A stretch of 63,794 bases of DNA, counting the filler, from Moniliella sp. 'wahieum' (Eukaryota), in assembly GCA_003971905.1 (NCBI GenBank). It is 3 parts of 3 records of this genome, joined end to end, with 100 filler letters (N's around TTAATTAATTAA, not from the genome) between each part and the next. Parts side by side here need not be neighbours in the genome. Positions count along the whole stretch, not along the records: positions 22,268 to 52,475 come from RSEE01000177.1; 2 more parts are not named here. One strand, written 5' to 3'. Within the stretch, counting starts at the first letter, position 1; each line of letters starts with the position of its first letter. The translations under genes and the position numbers were made by a program. Below the pieces are notes generated by a model. It was not told the DNA's origin. It made no database searches and saw only the letters and a list, made by a program, of their open reading frames with translations. This document shows, one piece after another, positions 25,788-38,629 of this stretch.

Positions 25788-25997
25788 GGAATACATCAGG
25801 TGGGATCCCTGTGATACATCTAGATGTATATGAGGGATCTCGTCACATCCAGCCAGTCCCGTGACATCCCTCGGGAGTTGGGAATATGTCTAGGAATACA
25901 TCAGGTGGGATCCCTCTGATACATCTAGATGTATATGGGGACCTCGTCACATCCAGCCAGTCCCGTGACATCCCTCGGGAGTTGGGAATACGTCTAG
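25788..25997. repeat. 105-bp direct repeat x2 with internal palindrome
   Basis: GGAATACATCAGGTGGGATCCCT.. at 25788 and 25893. Each copy contains the perfect 16-bp palindrome ATACATCTAGATGTAT. Confidence 0.93.
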
Positions 25998-26939
25998 TTG
26001 TTCATCATGTACGGAGCCACCCAACCCTTGCTCTGCAGTGACGTACTGACCAGGCCGCCAAACAGGTACCAATACGCTAGGCGCCGCAGGAGAATAGTCG
26101 ATGGATTAAGCAAGTGATCGCCGCTCTATACTCAGAGGCATTTCCTCCGCCGCCGATCAAACACCTCTCCAGGCAATGACAAGCTCGATTGGTGGCGGGG
26201 AAGGTTGGGCAGGACCCGCTGTCTACGGTGACCGGGGGCGTGGGTGATGAGAACACCAGACAGGCGTTGCAAGATATCGATGACCATTAGGAAGATGTGG
26301 GTCGAATCTTGGCCAGCTTCTGCCGCGACCTGGTGCCGACGAAGAAGGGGTTGCGCACCTGCAGATCGCCTCGCTCAAGCCCGGGGAATGTGGGTCAGTC
26401 ATGGGGGTGTACGACCTGCTGGATGACAAGCTGAGCTGGTGCTGACTGTCCCTCGTGATGTGCTTGGTCGTGGTGCCCGCCTCTCTGGGTTTACCGACCT
26501 AGGTTAGTCCCGGTGCGCCAATTTGGTCGGTGTGCACGTAGTTCATGTCCCGTGCGGGGGCCCAAGTTGCTGACATTTCGCATTGGTGGGGAGTACGCTG
26601 TTCGCCGCGTCACCCCCACCACCAGCACTCTATGGAGGGTATGTAGGGGCCCCCAAACGGCGAGGCTGACCCAAGGTCTCTTCCCATCACGGCCTGGTTA
26701 CAGAGCCGCGGTGGACGATAGTGGGCCGGGCCGACGAACGCGCATGACACGCCTGATGTGCCAGACGGGGTTAGGGTTAACTTGTTTCTGACGGTCATGG
26801 TTGTGGGGCATGTTCGTTTGTTCGTTAACTCTGGCTTGGGTCGTGAGTGACCTTAGTGAGAGCACTAACGGGTTGCCTGCGCATTGCTTCGTACGTCCAT
26901 CCTCCCAAGCGGCCAGTGTGTAATGAATGAGAACCCCTT

Positions 26940-28300
26940 AGAACGCGGATTTGCTTGGATCCACACCGAAGGGCGGGGGGGCAAGCGGATGGTATATAGT
27001 CGGATGGTTATTTAGTGTCTGGACGCGATCGGGGGCGCGATCGGGGACGAGGGGGGCAGCTGGGTGGCAGCAGACGCGCGGCGAGTGTTGCTTGTCAATG
27101 TGGACGGTTAGAGGTCGCTTGCGTCGTGGTGAATTGCGCGAATGAAGCAATGCAGTGGCTGGCGGTCGATTCGACCCCAACAAAATGGATGGCCCGGTTG
27201 AGCGTCGAACGCCCACCAGGTCCGTTTCCACCATCACCCCTCCCACTCCGTCCCCGCCAGTCCAACTCCTGCCGATCCTTCTCATATTCCTTACCCACGG
27301 CATGCAATTCGGGGCGCTGGCACGACCGTGTTGCCCTCCGTGATGCACAAACACGAGGCGGGGAGAGAACGCGCATGGCGGTGCTGGCGACCGGAGGCAA
27401 GCTGAATCCGGGCCGCCGAAGCCGTTGACCAGCGGTCCAGATCCAAATCAAGCCGAGGTCTACCAACACCATTCCAAAAGCAGCGGCTGCGAGGCCGTGG
27501 CCAAACCAAATCCATGCTGGACCGCCCTCGGACGTGACCTCGTCGAGGGTGTAAGAAAGGGGGGGACCATGACCATCTTTGGCTCACTCAGTGCCTCGCA
27601 ACACCTATCTTCCAACTCCAGCCAAGGGAATACACTTGTCCACCCTCATCCCTGTCTTCCCCTCTCCTAGACCCTCCATTACCCTTCTTTTCCCCAAATC
27701 TTGAGCCTGTGGGCGGTCCAATGACACGTGGGGCACACCTGGGAGTCTAAGTACAGTTCATCCCAACCGCAACACGCATCACCCCTTGTCAGGAGACGGA
27801 GATGGGGGAAGGGGACGCAGATGGATTGCATACATCTATGGACGCAGAGGAGGTATATGACCTCCTCAGGAAGGGGGCACAGTCGAGAGGTGGACACAGG
27901 ATCTCCCAACTGATAGGAATCACGCCATAGTGCCCATACGGGCCTAGTGGGCAAGGCCCACTTAGCACGGTGTGATTCTGACACCCTCCCTCATCCTGCA
28001 CCGCGTTGCCTCCAGTACATTTGCGGCTACCCTGTTCTGACCACGACAGGTGAACGAGCACATGTGACAGGCGAACGAGCATATGTAAGGTACTGCATAC
28101 GGATTGCCCCAGGCTCAACACCGGATGGAGAAGATTCGAATCGTGCCGTCTACGGTGGCGAAGTGTACGTTGGTAGAGGTCGGAAACGTGGGAAGGAACC
28201 AATCTCACTTCGAAAAAACACAAGCCAAACAAGGTCGAAACAAGGAACGCAACAAGGGTCATGAACCGTTGGAGTCGGGGCTTACCAGGACATGTTGACC
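26940..28300 (-). CDS. Putative multi-exon F-box-like orphan protein (boundaries uncertain)
   Basis: Removing a minus-strand intron (~27786-27834, GTATGC..CTGAC.AAG) gives LCPLPEEVIYLLCVHRWGDACCGWDELYLDSQVCPTCHWTAHRLKIW, matching the F-box pattern LP.E....VC..W-like...lW. Further donor/acceptor signals flank it. Confidence 0.4.
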
Positions 28301-29028
28301 CGTTGACGGCAAAGAACGAGCGCAGCACACGAGTCCGTTGGTGGGCGGCCGAAGGTGAACCGTGGCTGTGGGTAAGAGAACGAGGAAAGAGGTGGAGGCA
28401 GTACGTTGGTGAAATGACGTCCTAACCCTGTGCAGAGTTGGTCACTGGCATGCCCGTCTCATTTTCGTTCCACCCCGGTCAACCTTCCATTTGCACCATC
28501 ATCAGCTCGGAAACGACCACCGGTTCGCTCATGACCGTCTCCCGCCTCTCGATGGCGACTGCCCATTCACTTTCAGCTGTTATGCACATCCGCATTGCCC
28601 CTGCCTTTGAGATGCTTATCAAAAAGTCCAGGGCCAAAGCTTGCGATATGTGGGTATCCCCGCCTCATACTCCTGTGCATGGTCAGCTTTACGTTGCCCT
28701 TCCCCCCGTCCCCTCCCGCCACTAGCTCGAAATCGCTTTCGCGCCTGCTGGGGCCATCCGCAGCACAGTTTGTCCGGCGGGCATGGCATATGTCCGGGAG
28801 GGATGCCGGAAGAAGAATCAGTCAGTGACGTCGTGCCAACATGCTCCCGAGAACGATGGCGAGTACACCTCTTTCATGGGGCAATGTGGGCAACTTGGGC
28901 TGTCAGGTCATTGGTAACGCATGGCAGCACATAGAAGATGGGGTGCTGGATAGCACACAGTTGCGGATAAGTATCTCCTAGCAATGTGGAGGATTGCACA
29001 GTGGGCGTTGGCAAGATGATCCTGGGCG

Positions 29029-29084
29029 AGATGGACCTGGAGGAGATGGACCTGGAAGAGATGGACCTGGAAGAGATGGACCTG
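29029..29084. repeat. 15-bp minisatellite (AGATGGACCTGGA(A/G)G), about 3.7 copies
   Basis: Directly visible; open in several frames (EMDLE on +; QVHLF or SISSR on -). Confidence 0.85.
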
Positions 29085-29828
29085 ACCCAATCGTACAACT
29101 GACAGATGTTGGATGTTGCCCAGTCTGAGCTCTGAGCCGACGGGCTGTGTGAGGCTGTATGAGGCTGTGTGGGCAGGCGAGGGAATGAGACGGTGAGGAA
29201 GCAAGGCCGAGGGGCGCAGCGCAGCTCAGGCGGTTCCCAATAGGCTTTCGGATCCGGGCAGTGAGCGAAGGCGAGGAAATGGTCAAGGAGCGCGCAGGCT
29301 GAGGACGGAGACTCAGCCTCAGTTCTCAGAAGCCCAGGCCAGCGCCTCGGCAGTGCCTCGTCGACCTTTGACCGCCCCATCCGCCGCTGCGAGCGCCGCC
29401 GCCGACCCCACACCGCTGCAATGGCCATGTCTGACATGGTCACGTGCTCGTGCATCCTCGTCTGCCTGTCAGCGCAGCAGCCGCATCGCTCACGCGTCGC
29501 ATCATATCTCCACGCCAGCATCATCTCTCCCACGCAGATGCACGGATCGATGATCAATCATCCCGAGCGTAGGCAGCACTCCTGGGCCCTGGGCCGGCGC
29601 CTCGACTACGCGGCCGCCATCGGGAGCAGCCGCGGCTTTATCAACCGGCCAGCCTGCGTGTGGTATCTGCGCCCAAGGCCTAATGGCCGCATACGCCCAC
29701 GCCTCCTACGCCACCTCGTCGCCCGCCCCCGCTCGATGCTCCGCATCTCCACACGCCGTCTGGCCGCCACCCTCCCCTCGCCCCTCTCCCGTCCGTCCGC
29801 CCCGCCCCCACCAGGCACACCCCACAGC

Positions 29829-30764
29829 ATGGCCTCCCTCGACGACATCGACGACCTCATCAGTGGGCTGAAGCACACCGTCCATGCAGGTGACCGCGGC
29901 CATGCCCTGCGCGACCTGCGATCCAGCCTGTACTCCAGCCTCGCCAGCGTTGCCCTCGGCCACCCCACAAGCGCGTCCAATCGCGCCGATCCTGCTGCCG
30001 TCCTGCCGTCCCCGGACCCAGCATCCCCTCCTCTTCCCCTCGTCCGCACAGGAGAGCGCGACAGTTGGCCCCAGCTTCCCCCCTCCGCCATCGCAGACGC
30101 CAATCCCCATCCGCCGCCGTATTGGGAGGGAGACCCTCCCCTGCTCTCCCATTCCGGAAACGAGCCACGCCTCCCATCAGTCGAAGATCTTGGTCCGCCC
30201 CGCGCTCCTCGCGCTCCGCCCACTACGCCACTGCACGGTCCTCCACACCCTACTCCATTACTCATAGGAAGTTGCATTCTCCCGGAGGGAGGCGCATCTC
30301 CGTTAGTTCCGCAGCAAGTCGTACCACCACCCGCCACGTGTCCCGTGCAGGCGTGGCGGCCGTGTTGGTGGATGCGAAGGATACCGAGCGACCTACCACG
30401 CGCACGTTGGCATCTGGGCCATACTCACTTCACGCATCGCCTGGCTCCAGGACCCCGCCATTGTCCGATCTGCCACTTGTTCCCGCGCCTCACCGCAACG
30501 CCCTTAGGGTCGCTTGAAACTGCGTCCCTCAGTGCTGGCTCCACCACCGACTCGACATCGGGTTCGGTGGTTACCACGTCCGCGCTGGTGCTGGTTCCAC
30601 CGCTGAATCTACCCCTTCTTTCGCCTTTCCCCTGCATGGAGGCACTCCCTCGCCCTTATTCCCATGCACCGAGAGCAGGATATCCCCCTCTCAACCTCGC
30701 CCGAGTGCCAACGGGACCTGCTAGCCTCGAGCCCAGTCCTCACTTCCAACCTACTCGCGATTAA
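29829..30764 (+). CDS. Orphan proline-rich protein
   Basis: ATG in good context (CAGCATGG) within long ORF 29421-30764: MASLDDIDDLISGLKH..., then low complexity. No family recognised. Confidence 0.35.
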   Translation: MASLDDIDDLISGLKHTVHAGDRGHALRDLRSSLYSSLASVALGHPTSASNRADPAAVLPSPDPASPPLPLVRTGERDSWPQLPPSAIADANPHPPPYWEGDPPLLSHSGNEPRLPSVEDLGPPRAPRAPPTTPLHGPPHPTPLLIGSCILPEGGASPLVPQQVVPPPATCPVQAWRPCWWMRRIPSDLPRARWHLGHTHFTHRLAPGPRHCPICHLFPRLTATPLGSLETASLSAGSTTDSTSGSVVTTSALVLVPPLNLPLLSPFPCMEALPRPYSHAPRAGYPPLNLARVPTGPASLEPSPHFQPTRD

Positions 30765-31152
30765 CAAAGTGCGAAATCTACCCCTGCGCATCCGCTGGCA
30801 GCATCGCTATCATCGATCTATCATCCTCCTTCTCATCATCCATCATGCCGCTTACCACACCATGTTGACAATTATTGGGTCCATGCGCCCATGTCCCCTT
30901 AGGCCCTATCCTACGACCGCCTCCACTTTGCATTCGTCCCTCCACATGGAAAGAACTAAAGTCGGCTTCTCACCTGGCCCTCAGCAGACCAGTGAGCACG
31001 TAGATGTGCCAGAATACCCGGGTACCAGAACCCACCCCTGCTATCATGCATGTTCTGTGACCCGCCCAAGTAATGTAGCTGACACAGGGCCCAAGTCAGA
31101 GATATGCAAAAAAAAACAAAATACGCAATCACTGACAATGTCTGCACCTCGT

Positions 31153-32205
31153 TCACCTCATGCTCTTCTTAGTCCGTGGACCATCCGCCTGCTCTGCCAG
31201 CGCAGTGGTCCATGTCCTCCCGAAGCGTGCTTGAATCGCTTTGCGCACATTGATCTCCTCTGCAGTCTTGGTCGCTTTGCGGTCCATCCGGCCCAGCACG
31301 GCCAACTGCGCCGAACGCTCGGCGGAGCCCGGCTTCTCATTGGGCGCAAATTTACGCTTCACTCCCTTTACTCGTGCATCGTCGCCTTTCAGTACGGTCA
31401 AAGGTGCCGAGCGAAGCGTGTGGAGCGCATGGTGCGCACCAAGTCGCCCTCTAGGTGATGCTTGTGCGCTTCGGGCGGCGCGAGACGCTTAGTTTTCTCC
31501 GTCTCGGCCTGGGCAGCGGCCGAGGCTGTGGCCTGGGCCCGGTCCAGGTCTTGAGCTGTTTCTGTCGTTGATCGCCTTGCGCTTCTTGCGCTCTTCTTGG
31601 CCTCTGTGCGCGGATTAAAGTCGGGGTCTAGGTGACAGGAAGACGCGTCAGCAGGGCCCGAGTGGGAGAGATGAAACGTAGAGAGAAGAGGAAGAGAAAG
31701 GGGAGGGGAGGAAACATACCAGCATTGGCAGGTACTTCATGCAACCATTGTTCTTCGGCATCCTTGTTGGCCCCGCGGAATCCCCAGCGGTTGACCTTCC
31801 TTCTTCTCCTTGTCCACACTTTGCGGTCCTTCTGCTGTGGGAGGTACGTTTTCGCGAGCGAACGTTTCCATTGGTCAGCAGTTTGCCGTCGGCTTGGGCA
31901 GCGGTTCCTTCCGCGGCTCGCACACCCTGTCCGCAGGCAAGATAGGCGGAAAGCGGCACCAGCGGCCCATTCTCGGAATGCCTTGTGTATTGAAGGCAGG
32001 ACAAAGACCGCATTGAGCAGGGCTTGGTGCATTCCGCACTTAGCCACGCAAGAAAGTACACGTCCCGCTGCCCCGATGCGAGCTTGGTCAGGTCGGGTGC
32101 GTCAGCCTACATCCAGCTGGATGGGAGCGCGCCTTGCTTGACTGTTGAGGTCGAGGCGGCAGGTGCCGGCGCAGACGCAGGCGCAGGCTCGGCCACAGTC
32201 GACAT
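31153..32205 (-). CDS. RRS1: Ribosome biogenesis regulatory protein Rrs1
   Basis: QALLNAVFVLP, RWGFRGANKDAEEQWLHEVP, STASLGTFD-like, KGVKRKFAPNE, INVRKAI. Intron 31628-31719. Confidence 0.88.
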
Positions 32206-33315
32206 GTGCAGAGCAAGAGGTGGGTTGGGGGAGGTGGCAGGGGCAGGGGGCGGCCGACGCGACATGATTAATGAGGGGGCTCACTTGGCCCTCTCTAGGC
32301 GAGGCCCAAGAGAGCTGGGGAGAAAAATATTGCGTTCCGACCAGCCGGGTGGAACGATCGAAGAGGTCCCAGCAACAGCAGGGGGCAACTCAGCCAGCAC
32401 TCAACATGCAGTGCTCCGCGTCCACCCGATTCCATCAACCGTTCAACCGTCTTGCGCAGGCACGCTTCCTCATAGCCTCTCCGAGGTTCATCGGGGAATG
32501 TCACCGTCAGCGGAGAAGATTGCACACAGCTGAAGCCCAGGCTCAGTCTATTGCCGCAGCGCGGCGCGCAGCGAATTACATGGATGAGGGCGCCATTGAC
32601 TGCTTCCTCGCGCATCGAGCATCGGGGGGGGGGGGTCTGATCAAGCGCAAGACGGCAGCCTCTTGGTCCCCACTGTGCTTGGTATTGCAGTGGCGTTTCT
32701 GTGGAGGGCGGGTGGGGCAGAGGAAGCAATGATAGCCGGTGTATTAACCCGAGTGGGGCTCCGTAATTATCTCGATGATCGAGAACACCAGCATTTCGAC
32801 CGGGCGCGTGCGGATGCAGTGTCGATCCTTCGCCGCTGGTGTGCTGCATGGGGCACCAGGCCACAGTGCATCCATAGCCGCCTGTTCCCTGCCCGCACAA
32901 GCGTCGACACTGGCCCATGCTGCGCGAGGCCTCCCCGTGAGCGGCGGGCGTTGGGCGTGGTGGGAGGGCGCGGGCGGGAAGGCGGGATCCAGTGTGGCGA
33001 GCGTGCTGTGCCGAGCGCAGGGGGGCCGGAGGGGCCGGTGGGCTGGGTGAGGTTCGGCAAGGGCAGAGTGCCCGTGCGCACCGCTGGGGGCCCTGGCGGC
33101 GGGTGTGGCAGGATGCACAGCGCATAGCGCTTCCCCAGTACGCGTGCCGCAGCACGCCATCGTCGCCCCACCAACACCACCAACCGCGGCGGGGATGATG
33201 CAGATGGCCATGCGCCCGCCCTCGACGACACGCGCTCACCGGAGCTTGACTCGGGATGACGGATACGCCCCTCCCACCACTCCCACTCCCGCACACGCCG
33301 CCCCCCCCCGTCGCC

Positions 33316-36300
33316 ATGGACCCGCTCCGCCCAGCCCCCACTCCGTCCCATCCACCCCCGCGCGCGCGCCCCTCCCTCGTCCCGTGCCCAGCGGCAACAA
33401 CGCCGCCACCAGCAGCTCCAGCGAAGCATCACGACGATCGAGCGGATCCTTACTCTGACCATGACTCTGGCCCCGATCCGCCGCAGCGACCTCGAGGCCA
33501 CGACCGCGACCACGACTATGACCATGATCGCGCCCCCCACCTCGGTCCCAACGCCGCGCCCGTGCTCCTGCTGCTCCTCCTCCGCCCCGGCTTGCCTCAA
33601 TCAAACTGCCATCGCACCCGTTTCTTCCCCCCTGCTGAGTCGAGAGTGGCGACACGCACACACCCGTGAGCCCGCCTTCGCTACCCCCAAACCCGCACGG
33701 CCCATCGAGAGCCTGAGCGTTCCTTCGCGAGCCGGAACGTTTACTTCGAGAGCCTTCCCGCTCTCCGCGGCAACCTGCAGATTCTCTTAGAGGTCTGCAC
33801 GGTCCTCGCGAGCCACCGCGTTTCTCTCCGGTCCCCTCTTCATCCTTCCTGCCCGACCAGGACGACGAAGAGGACTTCTACTCGCGCGACCGCCCGCCGC
33901 GCTCCCCGAATTCGCAGTGCTCACGCGCCACTTCCCCCACTTGCCTGCCGCAACCGCCACAAAAACTGGGTCGCCCATCGGCGGGTCGATGTGATGCGGG
34001 TCCCCTTCTCCCCCAGGGGCGTCAGAACGCCCATGGCCGCGCTCTCCGCCTCATGCCCGCGCTCATCCCCGGAACCGAGTACCGTCTCAGAAGACGAATA
34101 TTCGGACCGTCCATCGCGCTCGCAGCAAACCCCTTGCCAATGACCGCCGCGCGCATGCCTATGGCCGGCCGCACCAGCGCAGGAGCTTCTGTCGGTCGCA
34201 TCCCACCTTCGTCTCCGCCGTCTCGCAACTCGCCATGTCCTCTTTCGTCCCAACCTCAATCGCAGTCTCAGTCTAGTCATTCCCGTCCCTCGCGTGCTCG
34301 GCCTTCCCGTGAGGTTTCGTCGTCGTACGATCCTCGTTGGCCAGTGGGGCCAAAGCGGCTTCATCCACTCGCACGAACCAAAAACAAGTCAGCCCCGCAG
34401 GTTTGCATGATTCATTCCTAGTCGATCCGCGACACCGCCAAGACCTGCACTGGATCCAGCCTCGCCGGCCTGGTGTGGGGGGCGATCGCTGACCGCCCCC
34501 GCTGTCGGCACCAGCCACCTCGCAAACCTTCCCTTCGCTTGGACCCTACCCGCATCCGCCTCGTCCTCCTCCGCTCCCACGATGGCCTCAAACTATCATG
34601 TCGTCTAGGTCCGCTGCCTCCTCCAGCTCGGTCGCACGGCAATCTTCAGCCTCGACCGCGTCGGTGCCGACCAAGGTGGAGGGATCGCCCGAAAGCTTGT
34701 CCCATGCTCGTTTCGTGGAGGATCCGTCCAAGCGGGCCCAGATGGACGCGCCACCTTTTCCCCCCACTGATTTGACCAATCCAGTGATGTTTGCCCAACC
34801 ACCACATCTGGCCAGCCGGTGGTGTTTGCTCAACCGGAAAGTTGATGCAACCCGTGCCGCACATGCAATCTGCGTACGGCATGCAGTCTGTGCCCCTCAT
34901 ACACCCTACGCAGACGCTTCCCCCCATGCATTCCCAGGCCGGGGATGCAAGGCACGTTGAATCGGTACTGCCTCAGAGCCACTTGGTGGCGAGGTGCTCC
35001 CGGCCCTCCTGGGGCATATGTTCTCTTCTCCTCCACCGGCCAAATCCTCTCTCGCCCGGTCCTCGAGCTTTGACTCGATCGGTTCCGGTGCCGACTCCTT
35101 CACCTCAGTCCACGAGTCGGCAGACAAACGCCGCAGTATAACCTCGCTAAGCTCGAGCAGTGCTGCGTCAGAGGAAGCGAGGGCTTCCGCTCCCCGCAGC
35201 GCATGTCGCGTGCAATCAACCCAGACCAACTGCTGGCTTTTGCCAATGAGAACGGATACGATCCCTCTGATCCAAATCTGGCTGATGGCTTCCCTAAGCT
35301 ATGAGGCAGCAGAAGCCAATGGGGTAGGGGTGCGGTCCTCCGCGTAGTCTCTCGCCCAACCCGTATGTGGAGCCCAACTGGCGCGGATGGTGGCGCATGT
35401 ACCGCGGATGACCCATGCCATTCTCCGTTACGCCTCGTCCAATACGGGGATGGAAGAGGAGATGCTGGACTTTGAGCTGGATCCGGCCCCGGCCAAATCA
35501 AAGTCGGGGATGCGAGCGGCGATGAATATGGTGCATCGGTTGCGCAAGTTACGGACCAAAGAAGTGCCCGAAGCCAAGCCAGCGCCGGGGCTCAAGGCCT
35601 TGGTGTCGGCTTCGGAACCGTTGTTGCTGGCGGGACTGTTGCACTACTTGGATGTGGACGATGTGGTGGAGCTGCGGAAATCGTGTCGGTCATCCGCGCG
35701 GCACTGGATTCGGCGTTGGGGCAAGAACTGATTCTGCATCGATACCTTGGCCCATTGGGTACGAGACGTGGGCACACAACTGGCTGCGCTCAATGCTGCG
35801 GTGCAAGCGGGCCCAGGGGGTGCCGCTTATCTTTCGCGTTTGAGCGAGGGAGAGGTGGATCCGGTGGCGCTGAGCACAGTGGATGTGATGCACTTTGCAT
35901 TGGGTCAAGTGGTGCGGTCAGAGTACGAGCCGCTGGCGCAACTGGCGGTGCGCATGAGGGAGAGATTGATCGTCGCTGGCCGTTTTGGCGCAGGTTACCA
36001 CCAGGCGTACAACCGTGTCCTGGCTCGACTTGGGCACAGCCGCACTACGACCCCAGTGGAAGTCAGACCGACGCACGAAGCGGTGCGCTAGCGCCTCTCC
36101 TGGCCGTCCTGCGCACTGGCTGCTCGGTCGGAACTGAACCTGTTCCCTCACGCGTCTCTGTCCGAGCGATCGGTTCGGGCGTACGAACAGATGGGCATGA
36201 AACGGTATGTGGCCGAGGTGCGTGCCTACGACCCGCGCCAGTTGGGAGGAGAGGTGCGTGTGCCGTGGCGGGCGGACCGTGCGGCACCTGGCGCGTATGG

Positions 36301-37200
36301 GTGCCGTCGTCCAACCCGGTGGCTGGCTGGAGGACGATGGGCTGATGCAAGCTGAAACCCAACTGTCGCTGTCTGGGATCAAGGGCAACCCGCGCGCCAA
36401 CCATCTTCTTCGCCCAGGCGATGCGGTGGGGACGTGGCGTTGGGCGGGGAACGTAATGTGGGCAAGTTCCTGTTTGACGGTACTTTTGTTCGGTACGTTG
36501 TTTTTTCCCTTGTCTTATAATACAAAAGGCGAAGCAGAAGGCTAACTCGCGTGTGTGTGTGTGGTGCACAGTGACTTGGCGTACACGTATGATCCTTGGG
36601 GCCACCTTCCGCTGTGGGTAGATGCAATGATGTTCCCGCCGGATGGTACCACAACGTGATCAAACCTTCTGTCTCTACCCGCCCGATCGTGTCGCTGGAC
36701 TTGCTCCGTTCCGTGACGAGCTGATGGCCAGTCTGGCGCTGTCCCAGACGGTCGTGCAAGGTGGCGGGTATGCGCTGCACAAGTGGATGGCTCATGCTCG
36801 AGCACGGTGCCTCCGGGCCCTGCGGTGGGGGCGGACGAACCGACAGCGGCGCACATTGAACTCAAAGTGCAAGGATCGATCCAGTTGGCGAGGTGAGCTG
36901 GTGCTCGAGCTGGACGGCACGGCCGAGGCACTGCACGACCTATCCTTCGTTGTGCCGGGCCGAGCGTATCGGAGGCGGAGACGAAACGGTTACTGGACAT
37001 TGTGCTGCGTCCGCAGTCTACCGCCACCGAACGTGCTTTGCCGCCGCTCTTTCTGCCCCGCGGAGCTCAGCCGCATGCTCCAGGTACTTTCACATTATCC
37101 GGGAACGCTGCCAGCCGGTCGGCTCGTGGTCCAGCCGCTCACCTTGTCGGCTGCTTCGGTGAGCCAAGTGGCTAAGTACGAAGTACCAAGTACTCAGTAC
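33316..37200 (+). CDS. Uncharacterised protein: long disordered S/P-rich N-terminus, F-box-like motif, globular C-terminal domain
   Basis: LLLAGLLHYLDVDDVVELRKSC (F-box-like). C-terminal RVWVPS..WLEDDG, LLRPGDAV.DVALG, GHLPLWVDAMMFPP, GELVLELDGTAEALHDL resembles, from memory, a basidiomycete hypothetical family. Many frameshifts; end approximate. Confidence 0.6.
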
Positions 37201-38629
37201 GTCAGCTGGCCTCGTCGCTATCCTCCCTTTTCCTCATTGGTCGTGAGGTCGTCGTGCTCATCAAGGCGCTGCGTTGGCTCCTTGCTCCTGGCCCCTTGCT
37301 GCTTGCTGCTTGCTCCTTGCTCCTTGCTCCTTACTCCTGTTCCTTGTTCTTTCCTTGTTCTTCCTTGTTCCTCCGTTGAATGCGTGTTTTGTGTTACCTT
37401 TATTGTTACTAGACGGTCTACGTGGCGTGCTCTGCTCTTGCCCTGTCGGTGCCCCCCTCCTGTCCCTTCCGTACCAGGCGCACCCGCGCCCTGATCGATG
37501 ATCCCTCGTTTGTCTCGCACGTCTCAATCCATCTCTTGCTTGTGTGTGTGTGTGCATTGGTGCTGACGGCAACCATGCGTGAATGGATCGTCGGGGATAG
37601 AGGGAAACGTAGCTTGGTAGGGTGGGAAACGCTATGGTCTGAATGGGACGTCTAAAGTTCTGACTGTTGTTTTCATGTGCCAGTGACATGTCGTTTACTG
37701 GTTTCACGTTTAACGTTAACGTTTAGGCTGGGACATTTAATGCAATGCGACTTCCGTCAGGCTCGCTCATCGCTCATCTGGCGTGTGCTGTTGGGCTCAT
37801 GAATCGAATTAAGAACCTGGCAGTGGAGTCACCAGCAGACTAGTCAGATTCTTCCGGCTCTGGCCATTCGCTTCCCAAGTGATCCCCCTCACTTGAAGGC
37901 CGCGTTCGCCACCGTTCTTGTTCTCTGCGCTGCCCCTGTTGTCCGTGTCGCGGAAGACATGAGCTTGGTCCACATGCCCAACATTCGTCTCTGACCACGA
38001 CGTTTGGAACAACAAGTGAGAGCACTGAGTGTGAAACAGTGGAGCGCGGAGAGCTTAGTCGGCAGCGCTGCAGCACTGTGCACTACAACCTCAATGTCCC
38101 CTACCGTAGTACGGACGACGCAGCCCCCTCTGTGATGAACCGGGAGGAGTTGGACGTCGAGGGAGATGAAGGAAGAGGATGAGGCTGGAAGCGGAAACAA
38201 AGTGTCTCGGGCAGGAGTTGATCAGTTTGGTCAGTCGCTGAGAGGGGTCGCAGGGGGTGCCGGGACCCAGGCCTGGGCCTGACAGCCCCCCGCCCCCTGT
38301 GTGGGGGATGATATTGAATCGGAATGGAGAGGTCGGTAGCGCCACTGCTTTGTCCACATGAGGTCCAAGTCCCCCCGCCTCCCCTCTCGCTATTCTGTAC
38401 ATCGGTGGTGCTGTACATCGAGCTGTGATAGCTGGAAGCGTTTCATTCTGCGCTCTCGGTTGGCAGTGTGGCAGTCGATTTGCTGCCTATGCAGGTGCTT
38501 TCCTCTGCTGCCTGTGAGTGGGTGCGGGGGGCCAAGAGCCTAGCTGACCACAACGATGGGGAAATTTCATGGATGGATCGGTGGGCCAAGGAAGGGAGAA
38601 AGAGAAAGCAGAGAAACAGAGAAGAATTA

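Noticed and set aside
22268..25997. rDNA intergenic-spacer subrepeats
   Set aside because: The layout is reminiscent, but no 5S/18S/26S sequence is recognisable in the window. Cannot be excluded beyond the gap.
27690..27890. RING finger from the C/H spacing
   Set aside because: The first CxxC pair is missing; an F-box pattern fits better.
32320..32530. Structured ncRNA upstream of RRS1 (CGGGTGGA/TCCACCCG stem, AGCACT/AGTGCT hairpin, T5 on minus strand)
   Set aside because: No SRP, RNase P/MRP, snRNA or snoRNA signature recognised, and short stems are expected at this GC content. An Rfam scan would settle it.
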